Positions 10,917 to 25,500 are shown, counted from the first letter of the stretch. The stretch: DNA of 64,000 nucleotides from Podospora anserina (GCA_017654855.1 CM030336.1:2728001-2792000); one strand, 5' to 3'. The notes: generated from the sequence alone by a model not told the origin. Numbers and translations: made by a program.

Positions 10917-12482
10917 ATGTTGCTGATTGTGCTTTCCTTCAAGCTAGCAACCACCGCGGTTGCAACCACTGTTCAATCGTTATCCTGCCAGTCGGCAATT
11001 GCTCAAGATGTCCAAGTCAAAACCACATCCGGCCTCATCACCGGGCACCTCTTCCCCGACGCCTCCTGTGCACTTGAATTTCTCGGCATTCCCTACGCAA
11101 AACCCCCTCTAGGTGACCTACGATTCGCACCACCCCAAAGGCTCCTCACCCCGGACCTCTCCCGTAACGCCTCCTCCTTTGGCTACGACTGCCCCCTGTC
11201 CCCCTCCAAGCCATCCAACTACCCAGGCTTGACTCCCCAAGCCCAGCGAATAATCAACTTCTTCGCTTCCGCCGCCGGCACCCCCCAGAATGAAGACTGC
11301 CTCACCCTCAACATCTGGTCTCCCCTCCCTCCTCAGCCGCAGCCCCTCAAACCAGTCCTCATCTTCTTCTACGGCGGCCGCTTCACAATCGGCAACACCA
11401 ACACCCCCTTCTACCACGGCGGCCGCCTCGCCTCCGCCCAGGATATCATCGTCATAACAGTCAACTACCGCCTCAACATCTTTGGCTTCCCTGGCTCATC
11501 CCACCTCCCGTTTCAAAACCCCGGGCTTCGTGATCAACGCGCTGCGGTGGAATGGGTGCGTGATAACATCCTTTTCTTTGGCGGTGACCCAAGCAAGATC
11601 ACCCTTGCAGGACAGTCCTCTGGTGCCGTGAGCGTGGATAACTGGGCATACGCCTACCACGGCGATCCGATTGTCCGGGGGTTGATCGCCCACTCCGGCA
11701 CCGCGCTTTCCTTCCCATCAAATGCGAAATCTGTTCAGCAATCCAATTTCGAAGCTGTCGCCAGTTTGGTCAACTGTTCCCTTCCCAACCCAATCACTTG
11801 CATGAGGGCAGTCCCCTGGACAACCCTCCTCTCGGCAGCCTCGTCTATCAAACCAGCCAAAAGCAGCAGTCGATTAAGGGGCATACCACCCTTTTGGCCC
11901 GCACCGGATAACATTACCTTTTTTGCTGCTGATGAGCTCGCTGGGCTGCCTTTGGCGAGGATTCCTGTTTTGTTGGGGAGTGCAGATAATGAGGCGGGGT
12001 ATTATCGTGTTCCGGCTTATGCGCAGATCATAACTCCTACTGTGGAGGAGTTGTGGTCGTTCCATTTGGAGAGTTTTACTTGTCCGGTGTTGTATCAGGC
12101 TGGTCAGAGGAGGGGGAGGGGGGTGCGGGTTTGGGTGTATAGGTATGGGGCTGATTGGGAGAATACGAGGTTGTATGAGGGGTCAGGGGCGTATCATGGA
12201 GTGGATATGAATATGGTTTTTGGGAATGGGGAGGTGGTGAGTGGGATTGAGATGGAAAAGGAGCAAAGGGAGTTGATGGGGTTGGTTCAGGGGGCTTGGG
12301 GGGGGTTTGTGAGGGATCCGGAAGGGGGGTTGGAGGGGGTGGGCTGGGAGGGGCTTGGGAGGGGGAGGATGGCGGTTATTGGGAGGGGGAATAAGGCGAT
12401 GATTGAGTTTCTTGATGTAGAGGGATATGAGAGGGATTGTGAGGGGGTTGTTCTCGGGGCGTTGGGGGTGATGGGGGGTTGA
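10917..12482 (+). CDS. Secreted type-B carboxylesterase/lipase
   Basis: Signal peptide, FLGIPYAKPP, EDCLTLNIW, VNYRLNIFGF, nucleophile motif GQSSG, and catalytic His region GAYHG. Confidence 0.93.
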   Translation: MLLIVLSFKLATTAVATTVQSLSCQSAIAQDVQVKTTSGLITGHLFPDASCALEFLGIPYAKPPLGDLRFAPPQRLLTPDLSRNASSFGYDCPLSPSKPSNYPGLTPQAQRIINFFASAAGTPQNEDCLTLNIWSPLPPQPQPLKPVLIFFYGGRFTIGNTNTPFYHGGRLASAQDIIVITVNYRLNIFGFPGSSHLPFQNPGLRDQRAAVEWVRDNILFFGGDPSKITLAGQSSGAVSVDNWAYAYHGDPIVRGLIAHSGTALSFPSNAKSVQQSNFEAVASLVNCSLPNPITCMRAVPWTTLLSAASSIKPAKSSSRLRGIPPFWPAPDNITFFAADELAGLPLARIPVLLGSADNEAGYYRVPAYAQIITPTVEELWSFHLESFTCPVLYQAGQRRGRGVRVWVYRYGADWENTRLYEGSGAYHGVDMNMVFGNGEVVSGIEMEKEQRELMGLVQGAWGGFVRDPEGGLEGVGWEGLGRGRMAVIGRGNKAMIEFLDVEGYERDCEGVVLGALGVMGG

Positions 12483-13021
12483 ACCTTTGGGGGTCGGGTA
12501 GTAGTCGTTGATGTGATTGTTGTGTAGGATGGAACCTTTTGAGAAGTAGTATCATAACTTTAGCACGAAGTATTAATATATAACGGACAGAGTGTGAGGA
12601 GGTGGCCTTTGAGTTCACTATCGGCTGTGGTGCCTAAACGAAATGCCTGTAAAGTTGCCAGCCTGAGTTGATATTGAGGGTGTGTGAGGTGATTTTCAAA
12701 GTCTGGGAGCCTTCCTGGCGTGTGTGTGTTATCAGTAATGGCCGAATTCGAAGGTTCGATCAAAAGTCATCCAAGCCATTCATCTGAACTTCAATCCTCA
12801 GGCTCGCACGCTGACGAGTTGAAGACCAGTTAGGTTCGACTTTTCTTCGTGCCCATGGCCGCCCGGATTTTCACAGCCAATGACCTAATGTCAGTCCTTC
12901 TTTTTCCACGTTATTGTTCTTAGACAACCTCCATTCTTACGGTCCCAGACCTATCTTTACAACTTCAGACGAACACTCAACCTTTCGTCCCATATTTGAA
13001 GCCACAAAGGCACCGCCCACC

Positions 13022-13665
13022 ATGGCCCCAATGAGCTTCAAAGACTCTATTGCCCGCGTGGCAGGCTGGCACCTCCGAATCACGCTCGCCTGGAGATACG
13101 GCGGCCAAGACATCGGCCACCTGTTCCAAAGAATGAAATGGGCCCTGGAAGAGCACGAGGAACGCTTCGACAAACACTTTCCCCCTCCCGACCTGGACAC
13201 CGAGGAAGGTCGCAAGGCGGAGGAGATGCTGGAGGAGTTCCTTGCCACCTGGGAGCTCGACATTGAAAAGATGGAGACGCCCGAGTTCTTGACCAGCTTG
13301 ATGCACATCTCCAACGAGGATCTGGAGCCAATTTATCAGCTGAAGGACTTTAACTCCGACTTTATCAGCCCTGGTGGTGTTTGGAAGACGATGGAGACTC
13401 TGGGGCCGATTATTGATAGAGGGGTATGTTGAGCTGTTCTTTTTTGTTTGAGTAGGATCCAACTGACAGAGAGTCGCTTTATCAGATGCCTGCCGAGTCC
13501 CCCAAGAACGAACCCGAGCTGCCCAAGCTCCCTGAGCGACCACCGCCTCTCCTCGTCACCTGCAATGGCTGTGGTGGAAAGAAGCTGTTTGGCACAGGCT
13601 GGCTGGCTCTCAAGAAGCACCGTGGGATTGGCCGTCTTCGTCGCCAGCGCCAGCGGAAGGAGTGA
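13022..13665 (+). CDS. Hypothetical protein, 2 exons
   Basis: Exon 13022-13423, intron 13424-13485 (GTATGT..CTGAC..CAG), and exon 2 in frame to TGA at 13665. Confidence 0.6.
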
Positions 13666-15150
13666 TGGCATGGGACTTCTTCTCACTGATTCGGTTGAAG
13701 ACATGTCAATCCTCGGGTGAAGGCTCAGTATCACAGATATCATCATACAAGAGTCATCTTTCAACACTCATGGACAAAATATTACACATTGCAATTAGAA
13801 TTTTGTTGCAGTCTCTTTGTCTACAGGGTGTTGAACCACCAGTCAAATCTCCCTGAGACGAAGTTTGACCACAGGGCAGTACCAAACTCTCATCACCAAA
13901 AAGAAAATGCTGTTGCGCCGTTCCAACCCCCAGCCACAACTCCGGCTGGCGGTCTTTTCCGCAACATTTCAATGTAATCACACATGTCAACAACATCTTC
14001 ATCACACTGGACTTAGTAATGTCGATGTCATGCTCTCACTCCCAGAGGGTTGTTAGCATGCGAAAAGGTCGCGGTGGGTTGGTATGGGAGGAAACTGCAC
14101 TGAACCTTCAAGAGACAGTATGAAAAAACAAAACCGATTTTGGTGGGAGATAGGAAGAGATGGAGGGGGTTAAATAGCTGGGATCTGGCACCTCTACGGC
14201 ACGTGCTAAAGGCTGTGGGTGACGCGTGGCATCGTCTGGAAGGCTCTGGAGAGGGCAGAATCGACAGGAGCAGGGTCGAAATTGCGTCACTGGGGTCTTC
14301 AACGAGGCAGGCACGTAGTACCTGGATGATGGGAAGGCAGGAGCGACAGTCAGGTTGCGGGGTTAACGTTGTTGGTGGGTTGCTCGTGAGTGCTTTGAGT
14401 TGGAATAATGCGACGTTGTGGATGGCAGCCATAGATTGTGGAATCAGATGGAGTTTGTTGTCACTCGGTCAAGACACGTCAAGACAAAGAGGATAACATT
14501 GGGAGTCAGAAATGTGACTGTAAATTGTGTCTCAGACGCTGACTTGATTTTGAACGTCTACCATGTAAAATGAGTCCTTGTGGTCATACCCAGCGGCGTT
14601 GACTCCGCAGTGCTGCATTAGCATTCATGAAAGGAAATCAATCTGTTGTCCATGTCCCATTTCCATTCCAAGTAGATGGCTATAAGTTCTTACACTGATC
14701 TACCACGCCCAACATGCCCCTTACCAAGAAAAGGACAGGTCTTTTTGAGTGCAGAAGCTAATGAAATAGATTGTTGCTTGTTAAAATCACAAAGATTTTT
14801 GCTGGGATTGTATGTAGTGTCCCTTGACATAGAGTGTTATGCCTTATATGATAAGCCTTGATGAGCTTCACTGGCTGCCCTGAGTCACGATCGAGTTACT
14901 GCATTGGTCTCTGTGATAAATACAACAATGAAACGGAAGCCTATACCCATGCTGTTTTCGTTTCTTTTGGCTTTTGCAACCTCCATCAAATCATCAACCA
15001 ACTGTACGCCTCGACTATCTTTCAAGGTCTATAAACCATCTTGAAACCGCATATTTCCTTGCCTCCCTACCAGCACACCAACCCCCGTAAGACGAGCAGG
15101 ACAAAAAGCGCGCTCATTCCTCTCCCAGCACCTGTATCTCCTCATGTGCC

Positions 15151-15432
15151 ATGGGACGAACACCAGAGCACATCGTTCAGCTCCCCGTCAGAAATGTGTC
15201 TGTTACTGCACCCGCCGAGGGTGAGACTGCTCCTGTCGCACAGCGGCATCAACAACGAGCTCAACAGCTCCAGCCTCAGGTCAGCACAGGTAGCCCACCT
15301 GAGCGCATCAATTTCACCAGTCCACCCCACTACTACCCGACCGCCTACCCGCCATCCATTCAGAGGCCATCCAGTTTTTCAGCAAGCGGCCCAGGAAGGC
15401 CGTCTCCCTATACCACAGGACCTGGAATCTAG
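15151..15432 (+). CDS. Possible small Pro/Gln-rich protein
   Basis: GCCATGG start and a 93-aa low-complexity ORF; no family recognised. Confidence 0.25.
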   Translation: MGRTPEHIVQLPVRNVSVTAPAEGETAPVAQRHQQRAQQLQPQVSTGSPPERINFTSPPHYYPTAYPPSIQRPSSFSASGPGRPSPYTTGPGI

Positions 15433-16553
15433 AGTCTCAAAATTCCCAGTCCCACCTCTCCGACGAGCTCTTATCCTCCGCAGCATACCCTTCCTTGAGA
15501 ACTGCTGCCATCAATCTTATTTACGGACTAGACGACACGCAAAAAAAACAAAAAAAAGAATATCAGCTACCAAGAGCGAACACCGAATCCACTTCTCAAA
15601 ACATCACTACGATCGAAACGACACCTTCTTCTCCCGCGATCTCACCAGTCAGCAGACAACCACAACAGGGGTAGTACATACATTACGCTACATGTAATTC
15701 GACGCATCCAACACGCTCTCTTAACAGAGGCGCGACCGGAAACATTGGACGATCCACGAATCACCATCAGAAAGTTACTTTTCTCCCTTCGCCTCTACCC
15801 CCACCAGGAAAGAAATCCCCTACAAAAGACGACTAGGCCAAGAAAAGCGTTACATTCTTCCCTCCCTAACCGGAAAACCTCAACATGATGGCTTCCTGCT
15901 GAGTTGATACCATCCACTCAATTCCCAGCATTCACGCCCCCTCTCCTTTCGTCTCTCCTGAGCAAGCCGATCATGAGGTATTCGAAACCGAGGCTACACG
16001 CCGTCACCAACCTGAGTTTGCTCACAGTGTTGCATTGCCTCTCCTCAGGGAACCTTTGACTCTGGCTGGGATCGCGGCGCTGGTCGTGTTCTCAACTTGC
16101 CTGGTCTCACCGGCCACTCTGACACTTACCTATCTCTTTTGCAATCATGACATCTCAATCTTTGACAAGTGACACATCACATCACATCGCAAAGCAGCAG
16201 GTACCATGGATACAAAACAATAAAGGTTCCTTTCATCAACTATCAAAACACGCACCAAAAAGCCGAAGTCATACCACAGTGCTAAAACAACACGTGTGTG
16301 CCAAAGAACAAAAAGTCCCGCCCGCAATCCATATTTCTCCCACGCCCTCTACCATTTAGTCATGTACTCATCAACCTCACCCCTCTGACCTCCTCAATCT
16401 CCTCCTCTCAACCCTCTCCTCCCTCGACCTCCTCCGACTCTTCCTCCTCCCACCCCCATCAGTCCTAACACTCCCAGTCCCAGCACTCCCAGTCCCAGAT
16501 CTACTCCTCCCCCTCCCCCTCCTCCTCTTCCCCTGGTTCAGCAAGCCACGTTC

Positions 16554-19500
16554 CTACTCCAACCCCCTAAACCTCCTATTAAACTCCTCTACCGCCACCG
16601 CCACCATCCTATAAATAAACGTCCTCCCACTCTCCTCCCCAATAGGAATAAACGGCCCGTTCGTCCCCCCCCTCAACGTCAAGCTCAGCCCCGTCCTCTC
16701 CTTGGCAATAGTCTGAATATCCTTCAACGGCACATCCCACTCCGTCTGCAACCTCCGGCTCCTAATCAGCAAAATCCTCGAGTACGTCACCATAACCACC
16801 ATGTCCTCCGTCGGGAGCTCCAGGTGGGCAATGTACTGCTCGTCAAAATACTTCCCATTGTCCACTTGCTTCAGCCATGACTGACCGAGCGCTTCCCGTT
16901 GGCTGTAGGGGCGGACGATACCGTCTGCGGGAATGTAACGGGGTAGACGGACACGATCGAGTTCCGAGCCGTCGAACACGGTCGTGGTGTTGCGTACGCC
17001 TTCAGAGATGTTCGACGCGAAATCCAAGACGCCAATGGCTGGTTTGGTGGCTAGACCAACGACACCCTTCCCGATACCCTTGAAGAAACCCAGCGCACCT
17101 TCTTGCTCCGCACCCTCAAGTGGCTTCCTCGCCAGACCTCCCACACCTGAAGCAACAGAGGTGAACAGGCTGTTAGCGCCCGCAGTGACGCCGTAAATGG
17201 CGTGCTTTGGCCGGTTGCGAGCACGAGTAATGCGTCGCCTGTCCTGGAACTGCTTATCCATCGTTGCCGCCGCAAGACCCTTGGCGAAACTGCCAGTGAC
17301 CTTGGAGAGCGAGTCACTGACGCCAAAGACCGATTTTTTGAAGAACGAACCCGCGCCACGGGCGACGCCGAGACCAAAGTCCTCGGGTTTGTCAGACATG
17401 ATGAGCCCTTGGTAGGGTTCGTAAAAGATGTCGGCGAAGCCAGAGCTGATATTGTTGAACAGACCGACTGGGTTACCTAGGAAGTCGGCACTGCCCAAAA
17501 TCTTGTGAACTTGGTACAGTGCTTCTTGGCTGTAGTGGTTCGAGATGTTCTGGATCAGGATCGGGATTGAAACACGAACGTTCTCCAGCATCAAGGCGTT
17601 GAACCGGATGGGCGCATCGTTGATGTTTCCAATGGCCATGGTCATGACATTGAAGAAGAACATGACAGGGTTCCGCGACGAAGTCTTGTCTTCGGCATTG
17701 ACACGCTCCGTGCGCACAAAAGACAGATCAAGCTGCATGGGCTGAATGTTGAGAACCTCAAAGTAGATGTCCTTGCCGGACTGCTGCTGCTTGGGCTGCG
17801 GGATGTCAATGTTGTCATCGCAGAGCTTGTCCTCCTCGACAGTGTCTGACCACGAAGCCCCCGGAATCTTGGAGTACTCCAACACCGCATAGATGAAGTC
17901 TTCGTCGAGTTCGACAGTCATCTCTTGCAAGAGAATGGTAGCGTACTTGATGTACTCGACGCCATAAGAATCATCCTTGACACGAGTGACCATGGCGTGC
18001 AGCGACGGGTGAGCGTCAACCTCCTGGGCGCGCTTCGGAACCACGCTGGGGTAGAGAATCATGGGAAAGATGCCGCCATAGAGTTGGTTATCAATCTGGA
18101 TCCACTTGACAGCCAAGCTGATAGTCTGGTAGAGAGGCGAGTCACTGTACCGAAGCGCCACATCACGGAAGGTGATGTAAGCCAACTCCTTCAGCTGTGA
18201 GTTGATGAGGGATACGCCAATGCCAGACAGACGCAGCTGCGCCCTAAAGGTAGTGCCTGTATCCAACTCCTTGGCCTCGAAGCCTTCGCGACTGGTGGTG
18301 GATCCTGCGTTGGACTTTTGCCGGTACAAACTCTTGGACTGCTTAAAGTTGGACAGGATGAGAGTCTGTGTCGGACCGTCGGCGGTGACATTGATGTCAA
18401 TGATCTTGGACTGCCCGTTGGTGCCAATAAACTTCATGGGCATCAAGTTTCCAATCTCGGCCAGCTTAACATAGCGCTCCTTGTTGTAAGCACTGATGCA
18501 AACCTCCTTGTGCTTCGCGGCTGGGAAGTCCCAGGCATAGGGCATGATGCTCCTGGGTGGCAGACGGTAGCGCACAGGCCTCCAGCCAGATCGGTCCTCG
18601 GTGCCATCCTCATCGATATTGGGGTTGACCTGATAAAAGGTGAACTCGGTATCACTCTCATTGCGCATGGAGAAAGGCCAGGCCTTTTGCTCCATGGACA
18701 GGTTGAGGAATATGGTGGCATCCTCCATGAGAATGTCAACCCGGACGAGGCGCTGACGCTGACCAGCCTTGGCAATCTTGATGTGAGTTGTGCCGAGATC
18801 TGAGATGTTGAAAGGTGCTGTCCATTGGTTGTCGACACCAGGATGGCACATGCAAAGTTGCTTCACATGACCTCTGTTGAGAAAGTGTAATGGCCGGAAG
18901 GCACCACTCTTGAGCGAGATAAGGCCAGATGAGCTGGGCTCCCGGATGTTGATGTCTTCCCCAAGCTTGTTTTGGATGACATATCTTGGCGCCAGGGTAA
19001 CCGTCTTGATCATCTTGTACTTGCCCTGACCCGACTCGACAGTAACACCAAGATGGATCTCGGCATTCCGTGTTGGAGAGTTGAGCACAACTTCCGACGT
19101 GCTTCCGATCGCGTCAAAGCTCTGCGGCTTACTCCACTCCGAGTCGCCGACCTTGAGTAGAGCACGATTGCGGTGGTCGTCACTGTTGAAGGAGAACATC
19201 ATGGGCTTAGTCTTGCGGTGGCTTCCGTCACCAATGTCGATGAGCGCCTGACCCGCCGCAGCCTTGGCCTGTTGCATGAAGCCCTTGGAACGGACGCTGA
19301 CATCCATACCCGTCTTGTTGAGCACGACGTAGGGGCTGTACACGGTGACCTTGAACGCACCACCGCTGTCTGGAATACGATAGTAGTGCAGCCGCAGGTT
19401 GAGCGCCATACCAGCATCGTCCTTGCAAACGAGATGTGTTTCCTTCTTGAAGTCATCGGTGGCCCCAGCGTTGATGATGGCAAACTCGCTCGGCTTGAAC

Positions 19501-22500
19501 ACAGTGTCCTGCATATCGACACTGAGGAGCAAGAGGTGCGACAGCTCGACAACGTGGACAGGACTGACGCCGCCCTTGCGCAAGAAGTTGGACCAGTCCT
19601 TCTTGGTGTTCTTGTCGTATATCCTATACTTGAAGTCATAAGGCAGCAAGTTCTCCAAGGTGACTGGTGCTGAGAGTTTGAGACGCATGTATGGGTAGTT
19701 CCTGCGATGGTCAGTTATTGCGTTGCAAAGGCGCAGGTGCTGGGACAACATACCTAGTCATGGGATTTGCCTTGTCGAAGCGAGCAGACATCTGGAAATA
19801 GAATGGCTCCGCATGGTCCCCCTTGCACACCATCGTCTTGGTTGGCCGCTTAAGCAAGTCCCTCCACCACAGCGTGTCGTTGCTCCATCCATATCCAAAT
19901 CCAGGATCAGGACGGACAAGCAAACTCTTCAAGTACACAGCCCCAACCGGTGCTGGCCGGCTCTCACCTGGCGCAATCTTCTCAATTTTGAGAAGGTGGC
20001 CCTCGTGCGCATCGTACACACCAATCTCGACAGGGATATCCGTCTCGTTCTCAACCAACAATGGACTGCGCAGAGTCACATATTTGACGTTGTCGGTTCC
20101 AAGCTCGACGTGGACCAAGAGCTTGTGCAGAACCTGATCAGCCTTTGGCTTCAAGGCATACAAAAACTCGCCCTCTCGAGTGAGGCGAATGTTCTTAACC
20201 ATGTCGAAGCCACTGCCCTCCAGCTGCACCCCAACGCTGCTAACACCGTTCTCTGCCAGAAGATTCTCACGCATCTTCTCCCAGTCCTCAAAACTCCAAG
20301 GTGCTTCCTGCCCATCTTCCAGTCTGAGAGACGTCGGCTCCTCACTGCTCTGTCGCTTGGCATGTACAGCAACGTTGAACCCCGTGTAGTTGCGGATGCG
20401 ATATGGTGCTTCAGCACCGCGAGGCTTGGACAAAACATCCTGGTCCTGAGAAAAGAAGGCGAAGGACTTGGACAAGAGAGCAATGCTAGCAGTGGTGACG
20501 GTGACATCAAAAGTCCGGTTAGAGGCAACATCAACCGAGGTGACACCAGAGGCCTGGTCACGAGCTACACCAAGACCAACTTGCCAGGGCTCGATCAGAG
20601 GCTCCCAGGCGGACTTGGCAAAGTTGTAGATGTTGGTGTACATCTCGATGGATGCCTCCGCCTTCAGGTTGGAAGACCAGTTTGCAGCGGTGCTTGTGAA
20701 TTTCTTGATGCTCATATCCAGAATGGGAAGTTCGTGCAAATCGCCGATCAGCACTAGACGGACTCCGTCAATAGCGGCAGTGAGCTCTTCGTGTCTAGGA
20801 GGCGCCTTGACAATATCATGCGGCACGAGTTGCCCGGACTTGGTGGAACGACCAGAGGTGCTGACACCGCCGACACTCTTCTTGCTTGCCCGTGTTCTCG
20901 CAGCGAGGGTGGACCCGCCCTTTCCACTGGCCGATCGTTGCTTCAATCCTGGCGGTGCCTTGAGCTGCTTCGCCTTCTGATCGGAGGCTTTAGCAGTATT
21001 ATTGTTGGCGGGAGTGCCACCAGACAGCTCAGATGCTTTTGTGATTGTCTGCATCACCAGCAAAATATCTCGGAGCGAGACCCTAAGAATAAGAGGCTCA
21101 ACATCGACATGGATCTTGGTTGTCTGCGGTTGCGAGCTATCCATGGACATCTGGACGGAGAAGTCGTCAATGATTCTGAGCCGTGAATCGTCGAAGCGGT
21201 CCATCCGACACAGGAACATGCCGCATTGAGAGATCTGGAAGGTGAAGGCGTGCTGCTGTGACAGGAGGACTTGCTTCGTTCCCAGCACGAGAGCCTCTGA
21301 GCTTGCACTCAATGGGTTGGCGATGAGAATGACTTGGGCATCAACCACGTTGACGCGGTAGGCAAAGGTCAACTTCTTGGGCTCCGGTGCTTTCGGGGCT
21401 TCAGCTGGCTTCGACGGAGAGATGCCGCGGCTGCTACTCTGGGAAGGTCTGCCGAGACTAACTTGCATGGAGTCTGCATCGCTCATCTCCTCCGGGCTCT
21501 CTATTGGGCTCTTGTCTGGGATAGCAGGTGGCTCGACAACCTGCGTACCAACAGTAATGAACTTCTGCAACGCAAAGAGGTAGTCCAAAGCAAAGATGAC
21601 ACGAGGACTGTCGATAGCAATCATGGCGATGACGTTCCTCTCCTCACCACCCGACATCGTGATGCTGGCCATGAACTGTTGGACATCCTTGTTGTTGCTC
21701 GTCATGATGCGACGGAACTTGTTGGTCTCGCGATGCCGTGTGTCAAAGATGGTGAAGGCCTGAATAACAAGTTCAGCCTCGAGACTCCCATTCGAGTCCA
21801 TCCGGGTCTTGATAACGCTTGAATCCAGGCTAAACTTGGAAAGACTGGCAGCGTCCATATCGCCAACTGGGGCATCTTCCGGGGCACGAATCAACTCCAA
21901 GCCAATGGTGTTGACCGTGAAGACAAGGTCCAACTTCGTCCAGGCCTGGCCGTGAGTGCCAAGTTCAGGGCCCATGTCGATGAGCTTCTCGTTGCTGCTT
22001 TCGCTATTAAAGCCAGTCATGGTCCTAGCACGCTCCAGAGTAGCATCGTCAACGTCACGCTCAGCCTCCTCGTCACTCTGCTCAGCACCACCAGCAAAGG
22101 CGGCAGGCACAGACCTGGACAGCTCAAGAAGAGAATTGAGCTGGTAGGGAGTGATGCGGAGGTTGAAGTCAGTCATGGTTCCCTCAATGTCAAAGTCGGG
22201 CCGCTTGACGCCCTCCTTGTGCTCGGCGTACGTGACCTTGAACTCGAGATCAACGTGGTCGATCAGTTCCAACTCCTCCGAGCGGTCACCAGTGTAGTGG
22301 AAGTTGGAAGTCAGACGAATGTTGCGGATACCAGCAGACAGCTTCATGGCAATATCTGCGTTCTCCGAATCGTCAAGCGGGGCAAACTTGTTCTGGGCAT
22401 AGATCTCTCCCAGGTAGGCCGTGATGACGTCTCGCTTCGGCCTTTCGGGCATCACAACTCGAGGGAAGACAACAATGGGGGTGTTGATGACAACGTCGAA

Positions 22501-25500
22501 CTTTATCCTACTTGACGTCTGTTGCAGCTGGTTGGCCTGGTTGGCCGCAGCCTGACGAGCAGCATTGTAGATGGCTTGCATTTTGCCAAACTTGACGAGG
22601 AAGTCCACAATCTTCCGGAAAGGCTCTTCAAGGAAATTGACCTTGACCGAACCGGCACGCAAGAAGATGGACGAGTCATAGCCTGGGTACAGCTCCGGCT
22701 TGAGTGGATCAAAAGTCTCGTACCGGAAGTTGGCGAGCTCTTTGCCCTGGATTGTTACCAGTTGACGAAGACTAGAGTCTTCTGAAACACCCTGGTTGAC
22801 ATCGTCCACCAGAGTCAGGTCGCCGAGCTTGGTGTTGACCCGCATGGTTCTGCCAAGAAGGAAGACTCCAACATCGGCATGGTTGAACGACAGAGTGGCC
22901 AGCCGGATCCCATCATTATTCAGGATCATGCGAATACTCTTGAGATCAACCTTGACCCGGATTGCCCCGGCCTCCTGCTGGAGCTCTTCCTCTGGGGGGA
23001 CCACTTCCACATCAACTTCCGAGTCATCGTCGGTAATAGCCTTTTGTGTACTGGCGTTGTTGCTTGCATTGTTATTGGTGAAGGTGACGAGGATGAAGTC
23101 GAGCAGCGTGAGAAGAGTCTTGCGCGTGACGACGAGATTGATGGTGGAGACGGCGACATCAACGTTGGTCTCGATGCCTTCATAGACACTCATGAACTCT
23201 GGCGACTCCTTCTTGACCCTAACAAACTTGACATGAACCAGGTTTCTCGCTTGCTGGCGATCTTCTACATCACCAGACGACACGATGGACTTGAACTCGG
23301 CGGAAGGGTTATCCACAAAGTCGTCGACGGTCACTGAACCCAGTGCCACTTCAGCTGCCATGTCATAGGGCCGAAGGTAGTACTCAACACCAAAGTGTTC
23401 GGCCACGAGTTCCACAAGAAGCTGATCTGGGCGTTTCTTGTCAGGATCGCTGCGGTAAAGTGACCCCTTGAGCTGGTCAACTGTGAACTTGAACTCGAAT
23501 ATCCGTTGCTGGAGCTTCAACTGGTCCTTAGAAGAGGTGTCTTTGGCGTCTTCGAACTTGTCGTTATCATCATCCAAGTCGTCGTCGTTCAAGATGATGG
23601 CTTGCTGAGCGGAGGGGAACTGGAGAAGCTGAGTAGACGGCGCACGGTCCGCCCACCGCTGTGACCGTGACGAGGCATTGCTGGCGAGACGGGGTCGCTT
23701 GGGGCGGGTTTCCAGTGACGTTTGTGTCTGGTCGCCATCAAACTTGGGTATCGCGACTTCGATGATTCGCATGAGAGTCTTGTACTTGGCATCCGATGCG
23801 CTGACATGTAGCACGGGGAGATGACCAGACACTTTGAGCTTCGTGAGGTTCGGAGCCTTGGGGATGATGGACGTCTCGACAACAAAATTGACGTTGATCT
23901 TGTCAACAATGTGAAGCTTTTGACGTTCGTCCTTCTCTACCAGCTGTTGTTTCGTCTCCTTAATAGAGGGTCCAATCAAGACCTGAGTGGATGTGAGCTT
24001 GACCAAGAACCGATCATACATGAGAGATTCTAGCCGCTTAAAGTCTTCGTCTGTGTAGCTCTGGTTCTGCTTGGACTGGACCTCCTTCATCGTATCCCTG
24101 TCCACTAGCTCGCTGGTCAGGCTGATGTGACCGGCATCCAGAATCAGGCATGTCGACTTCTTGTTGGTGATGCTCTCGGGGATGATGATAAGGGGCGCTT
24201 GCAAGTCGAGCTTGGCATTGACAGTCTTGTGTTCCTCCAAGGCAAACTCCAGACCTGCTCTCGTCTGCTCCCGAAGGCCCTCCACCGTAGCACCAGCTGT
24301 CTCCATGAGCGCGTTGATGGACTCCATGTGCCGGTCTGGTGGCCTGAAGAAGTCGGCCACACCTACGACGACATTGGGATTCCACACAATTTCCAGAGGC
24401 TTGAGCTTGGCAGTCACAGCCACATCACCTTGTCCATCCAGAGGGTTCTGCTCGACCTGGAACTGGAAGAATGCCTCGTTACCGTTCTTCTCCAGCTCAG
24501 CGATGGACAGGCGTTTGTCGGGGTCGCTCTCCGGGGCATCCTTGACGCGGACAATCTCCTTGTAGACACTGTTGGGAGTGGTGCCATCGTTGACGCGCAG
24601 GCCACCAAGACTGAGGTCAGCCAGGAACGAGTCGGGACGCTTAATACCCTTCGCCTTGAACACATCAAAGTGAAGACTAATCAGATCTCGGGTGTCACCA
24701 TGAGGACTTTGCTTGAGCGTGAAACTTCCCATGCTAAGAGATGCCTCCAGTTGCATCTTGACAGTGTCCCTCGGTACGTCGACCTCGGCGGCAAGTGCCG
24801 TCTTCTCATCCCAGTCGATGACCTCGTAAAGCTCCTTGCGTTGCTCCTCGGTGATCTGGATGTTCTCAGAGTCATCCTGCTTCTCTTGATGTTGCGGCTT
24901 GGAACCCCACGCCCAGGCCAGCCAGCCCTGTTGTTGCTGTGGTTGCGCGGGTGGACGGTTCCTGAGGGCTTCCGCATTCTCCCTCTTAAGCTGGTTACGG
25001 GCGAGCGAGCGCCAGAACCGGAGATCCTCGTAATCGAGCTTCCACTCCAGCCTGTTTAGGTCGTCATTCTCCTGGGCTGACAACTGTTGGCTCTGCTTCT
25101 TCTTTTTGAACAACTCAATGTACCGCCTCCTGTCATCCCTGCGCTCTTTGAAGTAGTCCCAGGACCAACGCCTGTTGCGCTCGTGGATCTTGCTCAGCAC
25201 AGCATTGCCGGCAAACTGGAGCCATGCGCGCGGATCCTCTTTTGGTCTGACTCCCTTGGGCTGGTATTTCTTGTACTCTTGATGTCGAATAAAGTAATGG
25301 AAGAGGTCCACCATCATCAGCGCATCACGGTATTGCTGGTCATCCAACACAAGACCGATTTCATCAAACAGCAGGTTGCCCTTGAACTTGGGCACCTGTC
25401 GACTTCCGGTCTTGTCGAGCTCGATCTTGGCCTGGCCGGAAACAGGCTTCAGGATGAACTGATGCGTGCCAGATTGGTCGTTCTCCCCGCTCACAATCAT

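Noticed and set aside
16469-16498. 15-bp tandem duplication CACTCCCAGTCCCAG
   Set aside because: Ordinary slippage in the low-complexity VPS13 3' region.
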